Both the position numbers and the translations under genes were made by a program. The notes beneath the pieces were generated by a model, which did not search any database, was not told where the DNA came from, and saw only the letters and a list, made by a program, of their open reading frames with translations. A stretch of DNA of 64,000 nt from Octopus sinensis (lineage: Eukaryota), in the NCBI RefSeq assembly GCF_006345805.1, contig NC_043009.1:66464001-66528000 (forward strand), in the 5' to 3' direction. Positions within the stretch are counted from its first letter, which is position 1; each line of letters begins with the position of its first letter. Below, piece after piece: positions 22,828 through 35,820 of this stretch.

Positions 22828-24466
22828 CATGTGTGTACATACATATATATACATGTGCATATATATATATATATACATACATACATATACATGTGCATAT
22901 ATATATATACATACAAATACATGTGCATATATATATATATATTATATATATATATATAATATTATATATATATGATATTATTATTATTGTTATTACTATT
23001 GTTATTGTTGTTGTTGTTATATCATTCTACAGTGCAGCGTGTGTCATGGACAGAAACGAGTGATCACCATTTTAGGGTGCTACTTTAAACATCGATCGCT
23101 ACGAGTGTAATCATCAAAAGGCGTCACACACTTCAGTTCAATGTTATTATCACTGATCGATACAGCTGACTACTTTCAACTTGCCGACGTCACTGACTCT
23201 TCTTATGATGCAACACGTTTTACACACCGCAAGCTATTTGTGCACTATAATATATTGCACGATTTTTCAAAGGTGCTTGCTGCTGCGGTTGAGGATTGTT
23301 TTTTTTAATCTTGTTTGCGACGTTGTTTTTGTCGTTGTTGGTGCAGCAGCTGTTGTTTTCGTTGTTGTTGTTGTTTCTGGTGGTAGTTTCGTTTTCGTTG
23401 TTATCATCGTTGTTGGTGTTACTGTCTTATTGTTTTTGCTTTTATCACTGTTATCGTCAAATTTTGTCGTCGTCGTCATCGTTGGTGTTGTTTGGTGTTG
23501 GTGGTGGCGTCGTTTCCGTTATTGTCATTGTTGTTTTTTTTCTGCTTTTTGTAGTCGTTGTTGCTGGTGGTGTTGTTATTGTTGTTATTGTTTTTTTATT
23601 GTTTTACTGTTTTGTTGTTGTGTTATTCTTTCGGGGGGGGGGGCCGGGCGGGGGGGTATCGCTTTTATCATTGCTGACGTTGACATCGTTTGTTTTATAG
23701 TTGTTCGCTTGTTTTTTTTTATTTGATTGTTGATGATAACGACGGTGGTGTTTCTGTCGCTGCCGCTGCTACTGCCGCTACTGCTGCTCTTCTTGCTGGT
23801 TATGATGATGATGATGATGATAAGAACACGACGAATATTGGTAGTGGTCGAGGTGGTAATGGTAACGCCAACGCCTGCGACGGTGGAGGTGGTGGCATGA
23901 GGGTGGTATGACGGTGGTATGGCGGTGGTATGGCGGTGGTATGGCGGTGACATGGCGGCGACATGGCGGTAGCATGGCGATGGAGGTGGCGGTGGCGTGG
24001 CGGTGGTATGGCGATGGCACGGCGGTGGAGGTGATGGTGATAGCGTTAGACGAGTCGGCGGTAGCGATGCTAACGGTAGCGGAGGCGACGGCGACAGTAA
24101 GAGCGGAGAGGGTGGCGGGAGCGGAGGGGTTGGCAGCATTAACGGCAGCAACGATGGCAGCGGGTCTGTGACAGTAGCAGCAGCAGCAGCAGCAACGGGG
24201 CCGCAGCAACAAAGACCGTGACGGCAGCAACGACGGTGTTTAGTGGTGGACGTGACGACTACGACAATGATCAAAACGGCGGCGACGGCGACGACGACGA
24301 TGACGATGATGACGATGACGATGACGATGATGATGACGATGATGATGATGATCCTGATGATGATGATGATGACGATGATCCTGATGATGATGATGATGAT
24401 GACGACGACGATGATGATGATGACGATGATCCTGATGATGATGATGACGATGATGATGATGACGTC

Positions 24467-24498
<32 letters not shown>

Positions 24499-24554
24499 CG
24501 ATGATCCTGATGATGATGATGATGATGATATGATGATGATGATGACGATGATCC

Positions 24555-24587
<33 letters not shown>

Positions 24588-24819
24588 CGGTGATGATGAT
24601 GATGATGACGACGACGATGATGATGACGATGACGATGATGATGATGATGATGATGATGACGCTTAAGCTATTTTTATTGCTGTTGGTGAATTCTTGTTTG
24701 TTTCTCGTTGTATCGGTCATAACTCTCTTTCATGAAAGGAGAAGCAAAGAAAAAAAAATACTTTTAGAATAAAAAAAAAAAAGAAATATTAAAACATGAA
24801 AATAATGAAATATCCAAAT

Positions 24820-24856
<37 letters not shown>

Positions 24857-25223
24857 CACACACAAACATTTAAAAAAACGCAATCACCACATAAATAGAC
24901 ATTACAAAAAAAAAAAAATGTGTGGGAGAAGCAAACGTAAAACCGGTGTGATTTGGTGGTACCGTAGTTAAAAGTTGAAATTAAAATACAATTAAACAAG
25001 AGACGGCTTAAGTATAGCAAGCGTGTGTAACGTTAAAAAAGAAATGTGTTGTCGCCGTTTGATGTCTCGGAAACGGCCACAAGCATTGATGAAAGAGATG
25101 ACTTTTATATTTCTCTTTCATATAGGTTTACCTTTCTATTTTTACATAGTATTTATTTATTCATTTATATATTTATTCATTTATATATTATTCATTTATA
25201 TATTATTATTATTATTATTATTA

Positions 25224-25255
<32 letters not shown>

Positions 25256-25343
25256 TATTATATTATTATTATTATTATTATTATTATTATCATTATTACT
25301 ATTATTATTATTATCATTATTACTATTATTATTATTATTATTA

Positions 25344-25383
<40 letters not shown>

Positions 25384-25400
25384 GTTATTATTATTGTCAT
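22175..25400. repeat. Compound triplet/dinucleotide field: (GTT),(ACT),(TA),(GGT/GGC),(GAT/GAC),(ATT)
   Basis: Direct reading; source of the poly-D, poly-M, poly-T and poly-Y ORFs. Confidence 0.95.
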
Positions 25401-26366
25401 CCCCTTCTACCTTTGCTTCCAGTTGATTTTACTTTTTTTTTTCCTACTAAACGAGTACTTTTCATCTATATGACTAACGAAAATGTCAGCGCTGCAACCC
25501 TGACCGATTTCTTCTTTTCCTTTTTTTATTTTTTTATTTTTGTTCCTGTTTTGTTTTTCTCATTCAGAGTTGGTAGTGACAGACGATCGTATAAGTTTTT
25601 AAAAAATGCAATCATGTGACAAAATATACAGAGACAGCTGCATGCCGCAAACTGGGTCTAATACCATCGCCAACTATTTTAAGCCTAAAATATCATCAAA
25701 CTATTGCTTCGGTTTCATTATAAGACACCATGATCTCAGACTAAAAAGACATATGAAGCAACGATCTCCTGCAAACCACACCTGAGCATTCAATAAAATG
25801 AAAGGTTACTTGATGTAATGTATTCCTTGAGACCTTTGAAAACACTGTGGATGGCCACGAGGGGAATACATTTGATCATAGTGCAACTCCATACCATTTG
25901 GTATAACCTGTGCCTAACATCAATGAAAACAATAAACAATTCGAGTCAACAACCCTCTACTGGATCACTCGACATACTAGAAAGAGCAGTTAAAATATTA
26001 CTTTTTAAATTGTTATCTATCTATATAAAAGAGGGAAAAAAACTTGACACTTTAGCTTTGGTAAGGATTCAATGGCACTAGACGTACTAGGATCGAGCTG
26101 AAAATTGGTAGGGATACTAAATGTGTGCTGAGGGTCTGACCTGCGATGGTTAAAATTCGCAAGCTATAAAGCTGTGGTTGCTATGGCAAAGAGAGTGGAA
26201 ATTGACAAGTGTTCGTTGTTCCTCTCTAATGGTTATAACACTTTCTTCTTCCATCTCTCTCTTCCCCCTTCCCTCCTATTTATCTCTATAAGGGCTTTCC
26301 ACAGCTTTTACTCACTGTCTTTCCCTCTCCGTATTCGCTGTCTCTCTGTCGCTCTCCCTACCCCAG

Positions 26367-26407
<41 letters not shown>

Positions 26408-27796
26408 CAAACTTTTCTAATGGAGTCCCCCCCCGCCCACATACATAATCCCTCTCTTTTTCTCTGTTACTCACTCACATTTTCTCTCACTGTAACAAGT
26501 GAATAATAAAATTTCAGTTAACTCTCTCGCTCATATCGCACACCCCATCAAACACACACACACACACACACACACATACACACACACACACACACATACA
26601 CACACACACACAATGGGCAGTGAATACTGGAACCGCTCCATGCGGTAAGGGCCGATTTAAGGTTAAACAACATCTATTACCTCAACTAATCCCACACCAC
26701 TGCAAGCTGCTGCTACTACTAGCATTCACTATTACCATCAGCGCTGCTGCTGTTACAACGACATTATGAGTGTAATACAGACAAGTATAAAGAACACACT
26801 GCGGAAAGTAAGTCGAGATGATATAACAATACAATCAGGCGCTTTCGAGAAGGGTATTTCTTGGGAAAGGGAGCAAGGAACCAGAGTGCATGGTTATATG
26901 AAGGAAACATCACATCTAAAGCTGAGATGTGTAATAGTGTAGATTGTTGTTCCTCGTGTCTGAACTAGGAATAGCGAGATTCTCGAAGCAGACAAATGAA
27001 TTAATTTCAACAAGAGCAAAATGGTTGATGGAATAGGAGATATACAAGTGTATATTTTGAATCAGAGCGTTTGATTGTTAAGTCAAATTGAGAAGGCAAG
27101 AATGGCTAATCTTAACGTTGCGTGTATTAAAGATATGTGATATTCATAAATATGGTGTCCTACAAAGCGTAGGAAATTTATGACAATATCAGTTAAGATG
27201 TCAAAGTAATAGATTGAGTATTAAACCAGGTATTCTTCCTCTTCCTAATACTCTTTTGGTTTCACTTGGTGGAATGTCCTCCATATACACTAGATACTCA
27301 CAGGAACCGCTACCTTAGATCTTCATGAGAAGCTACTACGTCGAAGATTCCCAGGTTTTAGGATAGGCTAGTGATTCTCCTAATGATCGTAGACTACATG
27401 GTTTCTAATTACACTTGCTGGGATGGTTGGAACAGAAGTGAGGTAAATGTAGTTTTCTCTTTTGGGTCTCGGTAGGGTTGAGCTTGTTTCCTTGTCGTTA
27501 AATTTAATGTAGCATCCTTTGCCGATGAATATTCACTTTCGCTTTGTTAACTCTCTCTTAAAGTTTACGTTTGCGGACTACAAGCCAGCAGCATTTTGGA
27601 GAACCGATTTGAAATTAGAATATCTAAAATTGATACAAAAATCAAATGACACTCGAATGGTTTGTTTATTGCATTCCGTTGAGCGGTGCACAGGGAATTG
27701 ATTAGAATTTGATGTAAAGATATAATGGTGTGATTCATAAACATGCACACCCACGCACGCACATACACACAAACACACACACTCACATGCACACGC

Positions 27797-27838
<42 letters not shown>

Positions 27839-28044
27839 GTATGTATATATATTATACATATATGTATATATAAACCTATATACATATGAGTGTATTAAAA
27901 CTAAAGGAAAGTTTGATAATGCGCCAGACACTTTAATACACTTGAATCAAACAAGTTTTATTTTTCGACATAGTAGATAAATCGTTTTTATTACACACAC
28001 ACACATACATGCATACATAAATATATATAAACGTACGTGTATAT

Positions 28045-28076
<32 letters not shown>

Positions 28077-28086
28077 ATATATATGC

Positions 28087-28166
<80 letters not shown>

Positions 28167-28434
28167 ATACCCATTTGTATAGATACATACATACATGCAT
28201 ACATACATAAAAATTGAATTCACATAAATTGTTTCCATATAAAGAAAGTTTTATGGAAAAAATATAAGTGTAAGTTTTAACAAAGTGAGTTTTACATATA
28301 AAAAAAAAACAGAAAAAAAATTACACTTTTCTTAAAAGTTTTGGTGTGATAACAAAATGCTTTACTTAACACGTATTAGTGCAAGCTGTCAGAAACAAAT
28401 TTTAAGAGAAAATAGAGAATTGTACATTATTTGT

Positions 28435-28641
28435 ATTATTTACATTTGACGGATATTTGGCCTCATCTTGTTTGTTATTAATACAACGTTTCGGCTGATA
28501 TATACTCCAGCCTTCATCAGGTGTCTTGGGCAAATTTCGAACCTTGGTTCTCATTCCTTAGGTGCAAAAATTCCCCCAAGACACCTGATGAAGGCTGGAG
28601 GGTATATCAGCCGAAACGTTCTGTTAACAACAAACAAGATG
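28435..28641. mobile_element. Penelope-like family P3 inverted terminal structure with two opposed hammerhead motifs
   Basis: 67-bp arms 28464-28530 and 28575-28641; each encodes gacac-CTGATGA-A-GGCTG-N10-CAGCC-GAA-ACGT-T (+ at 28580-28625, - at 28525-28480). Confidence 0.85.
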
Positions 28642-29302
28642 TCATTACTAACAGCAGTAGTACCAATCGTTTACTATTTTTCCAACAGTTTTTCTTGTTG
28701 TTTTTCCTTTTCTTCATTGTCTTATTTCTTTCTCTTCATCTTTCCTCTTCCCGCTCCTCTAGTTTCTTAAATTTAGTTTTTTTTTATCTTTAGCATTAGC
28801 AACAATAATAACCGTAACAACAACAACGACAATCACAGCAGCAACAATATATACAAATCAATCGATACATATATCTAATCGATATTCAGTGTTTTAGAGC
28901 GATGTTGTGTTTCTAAGCACAGACCGTCGTTATTTCACTGTTAATTAGGGTAATACTAATAAAGCAGTATTGATTGCATCTGTGGCCGACAACATCTACT
29001 AATTGTTTTGTAAGGGCGGGGTGGGGATAGGCGGAGGTGAGGCTATGAAGATGTGTGGGGTGGTGGGAGAGAGAGAGGAGTGGGTATTGGTTCTGGAGGG
29101 AGTGGTGGTTGTAGCACAGATTTAGTGGTAGGTTTTTAGGTGGTGGTACTATTGGTTGTATTAGTACACGTGTTAGTGTTGCCACCGATGCTTGTAGTGC
29201 GTTTTGATGTTTGTGGGTGATGGCCATGGTGCTAGGAGTGATAATGTTGACGTTAGTTATAGTGTCACGTTTAGTGGCAGAGTTAGTATTGGGGGTAAGT
29301 GG

Positions 29303-29612
29303 TACTCCGTCGGTTACGACGACGAGTGTTCCAGTTGATCCGATCAACGAAACAACCTGCTAGTGAAATTAACGCGTGGCCGAGTACTCCGCAGACACAA
29401 TTACACTTAATGCTGCTCTCAGGGTGATTCAGCATGATACAGAATGTAACAAATTAGGTCCTTTCAATTACAGGTATCACTTTTGTCAGTCGAGTTGTCC
29501 GGAGTAACATAAAATAAAGTATCTTGCTCAAGGACACAACGCGTCGTCGCAAATCGAACTCACAACCCGACGATCGTGAGCTGAATACCCTAACCACCAA
29601 GCCACGCGCCTT
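29303..29612 (-). mobile_element. SINE, family C-related
   Basis: actccgtcggttacgacg (reverse complement of C tail) through cttgctcaaggacacaac..tcgaactc..cctaaccaccaagccacgcgcc. Confidence 0.85.
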
Positions 29613-29959
29613 CACTGTTGGTGGTACTAGTGATGTTGGTTGGTTTGATGGTCTTGGTGCTAGTGGTGGGATTAGGGTTGGTGGTAGTACTGATGTTGGT
29701 GGTAGTTTTAGTAGAGACGATACTAGTGGTACCACTGTAGTATGGGTTTTAGTTCTGATTGTAATGTAGATGCGCTAATACTGGGCCAGTTATTGGTGTT
29801 AGTGGTGGTGTTGATGGGGGTGCCATTGGTGCCGGTGACAGTATTGGTTGTAGTGGTGGTGTTCGGGTTCTTCGTTCCTGTTTCTGGTCATTTTTATTGC
29901 GTTGTGACTCTTGCTGTGCAGGCACGTGGCGTTGTACTGTTACATTCTGTACCTGTCAC

Positions 29960-30107
29960 AACCATGTCACATTCTCTGTCACGCTGGATCTCCCTGAGAA
30001 CAACATGTCCGAGGAGTATTCGGTCACTTGCACTTTAGTCTCACGAGCAGGCTCTTCCGTTGATCAGATCGACTGGAACGAACATCGTCGCAACCGACGG
30101 AGTGCCA
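29960..30107 (+). mobile_element. SINE family C 3' domain fragment
   Basis: tgtcacattctctgtcacgctgga..tcacgagcaggctcttccgttgatcagatc..catcgtcgcaaccgacggagtgcc. Confidence 0.8.
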
Positions 30108-30704
30108 GATTAATCTTGTTGCTGTTTTTTTTATGTGATTTCTACTTATGTTTTTCTTTTCGTTCCTTTTGACTTCTGCGAAAATTAATATAAATTCTAA
30201 TTTTATTTTTAATTTTACAGTTTTCAATATTTATATATTTTCTGATTTTATTTATTTTTCTTCTTTTCTTTTCTGAAGGCTTTTTGTCGGTTATTATTGT
30301 TTTCATTGATGTTACTGTTGTTGTGCTATAAGTCAGATATTTCTAGGCTAAAGCGAGGCGTGGGGTTCGGAGATCAATATCCTCCTTCACCTCCCTTCCT
30401 TATTCTGTTTACTTAGCAACAATTCTGTAAAATCTCAGAAATAAACCATTCCACAGACTTCTTCTTTCGTTCGCACTGCTTTGCTCCGGTTGGTTTGCGT
30501 TCTTTTATGACGTGCGCGCGCGTTGCGTGTGTGTGTGCGGGAAACGTATTGCATGACTTCCGTATATATACGCATGTGTACGTATTTATCATATATACAA
30601 ACATTCACACACACACATACATAAATGTATATACACATATACATACATACATAATAATGCACACGCACAACATAAAAAATCTTGCACAACAAATATTTAA
30701 ACGT

Positions 30705-31702
30705 ATATATATATATATACATAACTGAGAATGTGTGTCTGTCTGTCTGTGAATCCGTAAAACATGAGAACTACACAACCAATTTCATTCAAATTTTACA
30801 CATGCCTTACTTAGGGTCTATGTAGTGTCATGGGCAAGAAAATGTTTAACTTCTTGCCTAGGGCGAGCCCACAGCAATATCATATCTTCTCCACTATTTC
30901 AGTATTACATGTTAAAGGTGAAATAAAAATATCTCTCTATTGTATGTATATGTATACATGTATATTATAAATCTACAAGTAATATGTATAGTATGACTGC
31001 CCACCGCTGCCAGCCGACAGTCAGCGCAATGGTGATCAGGGCTCGCTCTGAGTGCCATAGGGCTGACCGTTGGGCTGGTAGCTGTGGACAGTCAGCCCAA
31101 TGTCGCTCTGGGCACCATTGGGCTGACTGTCCGCAGCTACCAGCCCAATAGTCAGCGCTATGGCATTAGTCGTTCTATAACGCTTACCTTTAGCTCAACT
31201 CACCTCTGGTAAGCTCAGGATAGGGTAACTGACTGCTTATGGTGATCATTTGTCTTTTGGTTTCCTGTAGCTTTGCTCTCTTTTACAAACCCAGTGAACA
31301 TATATTTCCTATTTCAAAGAAATTCAAACAATAGATATAAGACACAACTTAAAAAGATTCTCAACAATTCAACTTCTCTGGTTGACATTAAGATGCCCAT
31401 CCCCAACAGGGGCCTTAACTTTCATATTTTAGAGCTCCATGACCTTCATTTTTCAGGAGCAAAATCTTTTTAACAGGTTCAATAAGACTGGAATTTTGGA
31501 ATATGCGCATAAAAATCAATAGTATGGGATATATGTGGCACGATTACAATATTTTAGGGGTGTGTAAAGAGGGAAGTATCCCTCATCTGCAATTTTGATA
31601 AAATTCGAAACATAGATATTCCAGTTCATTAGAGAAAATATAACACAAAAGTCTAATTTTTCAATTGTATGTAACACGGGCAACGCCGGGTATCTCTGCT
31701 AG
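30705..31702 (+). mobile_element. Non-autonomous Helitron-like element (about 1 kb)
   Basis: 3' end cacgggcaacgccgggtatctctgCTAG|T (short GC hairpin then CTAG at 31699-31702, next base T); (GTCT)n near the 5' end after a TA tract. 5' boundary approximate. Confidence 0.75.
31053..31165. other. GC-rich hairpin, 50-bp arms and 13-nt loop, inside the Helitron
   Basis: 31053-31102 pairs with 31116-31165 with 4 differences, two giving G-U pairs on the + strand. Confidence 0.95.
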
Positions 31703-31989
31703 TATATATATAAAATCACCATAGCAACGTCATCGCTACGATTATCATTTTAATACCAATATTAGTACATCGACACTAGTATCACTAGCTTCATAGTCAT
31801 CATCATCATCACTGCCTTTGCCACCTCCATCACCCCCATTCCTCATACCAACGCTCAATTTTGATCCGCACAATCTCAAATGTATATAAAGATTAATTAC
31901 TTGAAGAAGAAAATTCCAAGCATCCTCCCCACACCCACCCGCCCATCATTACCGTCACCAAAGTGGTTGCGCTGCCATCACCAGCATTT

Positions 31990-32540
31990 TGATATCCCAG
32001 ATTCTAGTAAAAGCACCACTACCACCGCCACAACCACCATCACCCCCCACAACTATCACCACCAACCAACCACCATCACCACTGCCGCCGCCACAACCAT
32101 CACCACCACCGCCACACCCACCACCACCACCATTATAGCCATCACCACACCCACAACCACTACCACCGCCACAACCACCATAACAACCACCACCTCCACA
32201 ACCACCAACACCGCCACAACCACCAACACCGCCACAACCACCACCATCGCCGCTACAGCCCCCCCAACCACCAACACCGCCACAACCACCATAACAACCA
32301 CTACCTCCACAACAACCACCACCTCCACAACAACCAGCACCGCCACAACCACATCCACCAATACAGCCACCACCACGGCCACAACCACCACCGCCACAAC
32401 CAGCACCGCCACGACCACCACCGCCACGACCACCACCACCATCGCCACAACCACCACTACTGCCACAATCACCACCACCGCCACAACCACCATCATCGCC
32501 ATACCCACCACGACCACCAGTACCCACCACCAACATTTCG
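31990..32540. repeat. (ACC/ACA/GCC) Thr-encoding low-complexity tract within ORF 31880..32884
   Basis: Direct reading; coding status unresolved (see findings). Confidence 0.9.
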
Positions 32541-32980
32541 TTGCCCCCCCCCCCAACATCTCAGGACATCTACTCCCTTCTTCCTTCCCGACACCATCAC
32601 CATTTCCACCACTACAATTCCTGCACCATCACCACCGAAACCTCTACCAAAACCGATGTTACATCAACCCCCAACCTAGTTGCCCACCCCTTTACCTCAG
32701 TACCTTACTTTCTACCGTTATTAACCTCACTTCATCGCTACCATTACAATCACCCTCCCCCGCCCGGCGACTCTGCACCCGGCCACCTCTTGCACTTCGA
32801 TATTCCAGACTTGCATCACCACCCCAACCTCACACCACCACTCCACTTCATCCTATGACAACAAACGCTCACATCATACAATGAATTAATTGTTCATAAA
32901 TTTTGTTATAATTTATCTTTACGATGGCTTTTTTTATAACACACACACATGCGCGCACCCACCCACACACACACAGAAAT

Positions 32981-33031
<51 letters not shown>

Positions 33032-33191
33032 AAGATATATACTTATACACAAACATATGTGTATGTATATACATATCTATATATATATATATATATAAAA
33101 CACACAGATATAGATGTATATATATACATACAGACAGACAGATAGGCATATATACCCACATATACACACACACATACACACACCGATATAT

Positions 33192-33253
<62 letters not shown>

Positions 33254-33376
33254 AAACACACACAGATATAGATGTATATATATACATACAGACAGACAGA
33301 TAGGCATATATACCCACATATACACACACACATATATATATACATATATATACATATATATATACATATATATACA

Positions 33377-33408
<32 letters not shown>

Positions 33409-34184
33409 CATATATATATACATATATACATATATATATATATATACACAGCCAGACAGACAGTCATATACATCCACTCACCACCACCACCACCATCACC
33501 CCTCTTACACACATTACTCTTTCCTCTTCTTTGGCCATTTTCGTTGAGTTTCTTTGTTTTCATTTTCTGATTTCTTCTTTTTCTTTTTCTTTTTTTGTCA
33601 TGTTCTTTTTTTTTTTTTGCCGAATTTTATGAAATATACTTATTTATTCCTCGTTGTTTCTTTGGTGGGGGAGGGTCATGTTTTAAGTGGTGAAGAAGAA
33701 TCAGTGGAGTGCCGGACTGTTGTCTGTGTGCTATTTGATTTCCTCACGAAGCGGTATTCCTGCCTTCTCGGTTTCGATATACATCTGACACTTTTTAATA
33801 AATTTTTTCATATTTATTTTTACTTTTATTTTTACTGTTCATTGGTCACAGGATCGAATGAATTGGGTGTAACGGAAACAGAGAGGGAGTAGGGGAGAGA
33901 GAGGGGGGTAATAAGTGAAGTGTGAAGTTTCATGTCTTAAGTGAAATGTGCCAGAAGCGGCGGGCTCTTCAACCCGGTAACTCTCCATTTACAGTACTTC
34001 CTCTCCATTCAGTCCCATGAATTCCATAAGAATAAGAATATCTTTTGGTCTCGCAAGACAGTTCTTTCCCGAAATTATTTTTCACAACATACATGCTGTG
34101 GATAATTGTTGATCGCCGCCGCTTTTGGAGTCACCTATAATCCAAAATATCTGGAATGAAGACGCCAAGGGAAACTGAAAACAG

Positions 34185-34610
34185 GAGTGCGAAAAGGAAC
34201 CGTAAAAAGATTACGAAGACTAGTTAAACGCGATGTTTTAAAAAGGTTTGATGCGGGAGAAAGGAAAAAAATCAACCACATCACGAGAACGCCTACAGTA
34301 GAAGCTGTACGAGGGAAAAGTAAGACACTTCCTCAAGAAGTTATTCTGTTAAGTGTTCTGGCTATTTTTTCATAGACCTAATGCAATGCTTAAAATGGAC
34401 CGGATCCTGAATGTTACGAAACGGCTGTAAGCATATGGAAGTCATACAGATATATAAATCGAACTCGATTTCAAATATAAATAAGCACGATGGGAACTTA
34501 AAAAGGTCAACAGTTTATGAGACAATTTGCAGAAAAAGGATGGTGTAACTTCTAGTGAAAAACCCTCTGTGTTGTAACCATTGATTTCAAGGATTCAACA
34601 AGTCTTTGGT
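34185..34610 (+). pseudogene. Decayed pogo/Tigger (CENP-B-like) transposase N-terminus
   Basis: AKRNRKKIT / LVKRDVLKRFDAGERK (cf. KRK.ITL..KLDV.KR.E.GE), ETAVSIW, NH*FQGFNK (cf. S.GWF..FK); frameshifted, family call from remembered motifs. Confidence 0.45.
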
Positions 34611-34685
34611 TTCTTTTTTTCTTTCTTTATCAACATAGAAATGAGTAGCGAAGTTGTCAGTATGGGTTCAGAATCTGCCACTAAT

Positions 34686-34796
34686 GATCCTGAGCAGCTG
34701 GGAGGTTGGGATGACATTCCATACTAACTGTACGATGTGGATGGAACTGTACAGTTAGTATGGAATGTCATCCTAACCCCCCAGCTGCTCAGGATC
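34686..34796. other. Hairpin with 48-bp arms and 15-nt loop
   Basis: 34686-34733 is the reverse complement of 34749-34796 except at 2 positions; loop gatgtggatggaact. Confidence 0.95.
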
Positions 34797-35150
34797 TGTC
34801 GGAGGGCGGAAGAAGCGCTACAAGGATAGTCTCAAGGTCTCTCTCAAAGACTTCTCCATCGGAACAGAGACCTGGGAGACACTTGCTGCCAACCGCTCAT
34901 CCTGGCGCAGCGCAATCACCGTGGGAGCAGGGACAGCCGACGGATTCGGTCAGCGGAGCAGACACGTCAGATGCGTAAAACCAGAGCCGCCTGCACCAGT
35001 AGCACGGCCCCTACCCACTTCTGCCCCACCTGTGGGAGGGGCTTCCTTTCCCGGATTGGCCTCACCAGCCACCTCCGGTCTCATGGCGCCAGTTCCATCA
35101 GATGATGTCAGTTGGTCATCTTCGAACCGAAGGACGAACATTATTATTAT
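34795..35150 (+). mobile_element. RTE/BovB-clade LINE 3' end
   Basis: SVGGRKKRYKDSLKVSLKDFSIGTETWETLAANRSSWRSAI.. then, after one frameshift, THFCPTCGRGFLSRIGLTSHLRSH..*; 3' UTR gtcatcttcgaaccgaaggacgaac and (TTA)3 tail. Confidence 0.95.
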
Positions 35151-35171
35151 GTGTGTATATATATATATTTT

Positions 35172-35403
35172 TTTCTTCTTTACTACCCACAAGGGGCTAA
35201 ACATAGAGGGGACAAACAAGGACAGACAAAGGGATTAAATCGATTACATCGACCCCAGTGCGTAACTGGTACTTAATTTATCGACCCCGAAAGGATGAAA
35301 GGTAAAGTCGACCTCGACGGTATTTGAACTCAGAACGTAACGACTGACGAAATACCGCAAAGCATTTCGCCCGGCGCGCTAACGTTTCTGCCAGCTCGCC
35401 GCC
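35172..35403 (-). mobile_element. SINE family A, full-length monomer
   Basis: Complete reverse complement from tttactacccacaagggg to ccagctcgccgcc. Confidence 0.95.
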
Positions 35404-35405
35404 TT

Positions 35406-35460
<55 letters not shown>

Positions 35461-35479
35461 ACACACGCGCACACACACA

Positions 35480-35521
<42 letters not shown>

Positions 35522-35526
35522 ACACA

Positions 35527-35565
<39 letters not shown>

Positions 35566-35596
35566 AAACACACACACACATATATATATATATATA

Positions 35597-35820
35597 CTCG
35601 TGTTTGAGTCAAAAAGTAATGCCATTTTCTTTAGGACAGGTATAATTACCAACACAGGAACATGTATCATACATCAACATGAAGCTGGTCCTCTGTGGAT
35701 CACATCTCTACTTCTCAATATAATCACCGTTTCTCTCAATAGCAATGTTCCACCTTCGAATGAGACCGTGTATCTCAGCATATTCATAATTTGTTGCTAT
35801 GCAAATTGCATTGTATAATA
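35597..35820 (-). mobile_element. Mariner 3' end with TIR, inserted at TA
   Basis: TA|ctcgtgtttgagtcaaaaagtaatgcc TIR; minus strand reads EIHGLIRRWNIAIERNGDYIEK*. Confidence 0.85.

Noticed and set aside
26820-27520. Possible decayed LINE
   Set aside because: No diagnostic motif recovered by manual translation.
28913-29347. 144-aa ORF on - strand
   Set aside because: Starts in a SINE C tail and runs through old low-complexity sequence.
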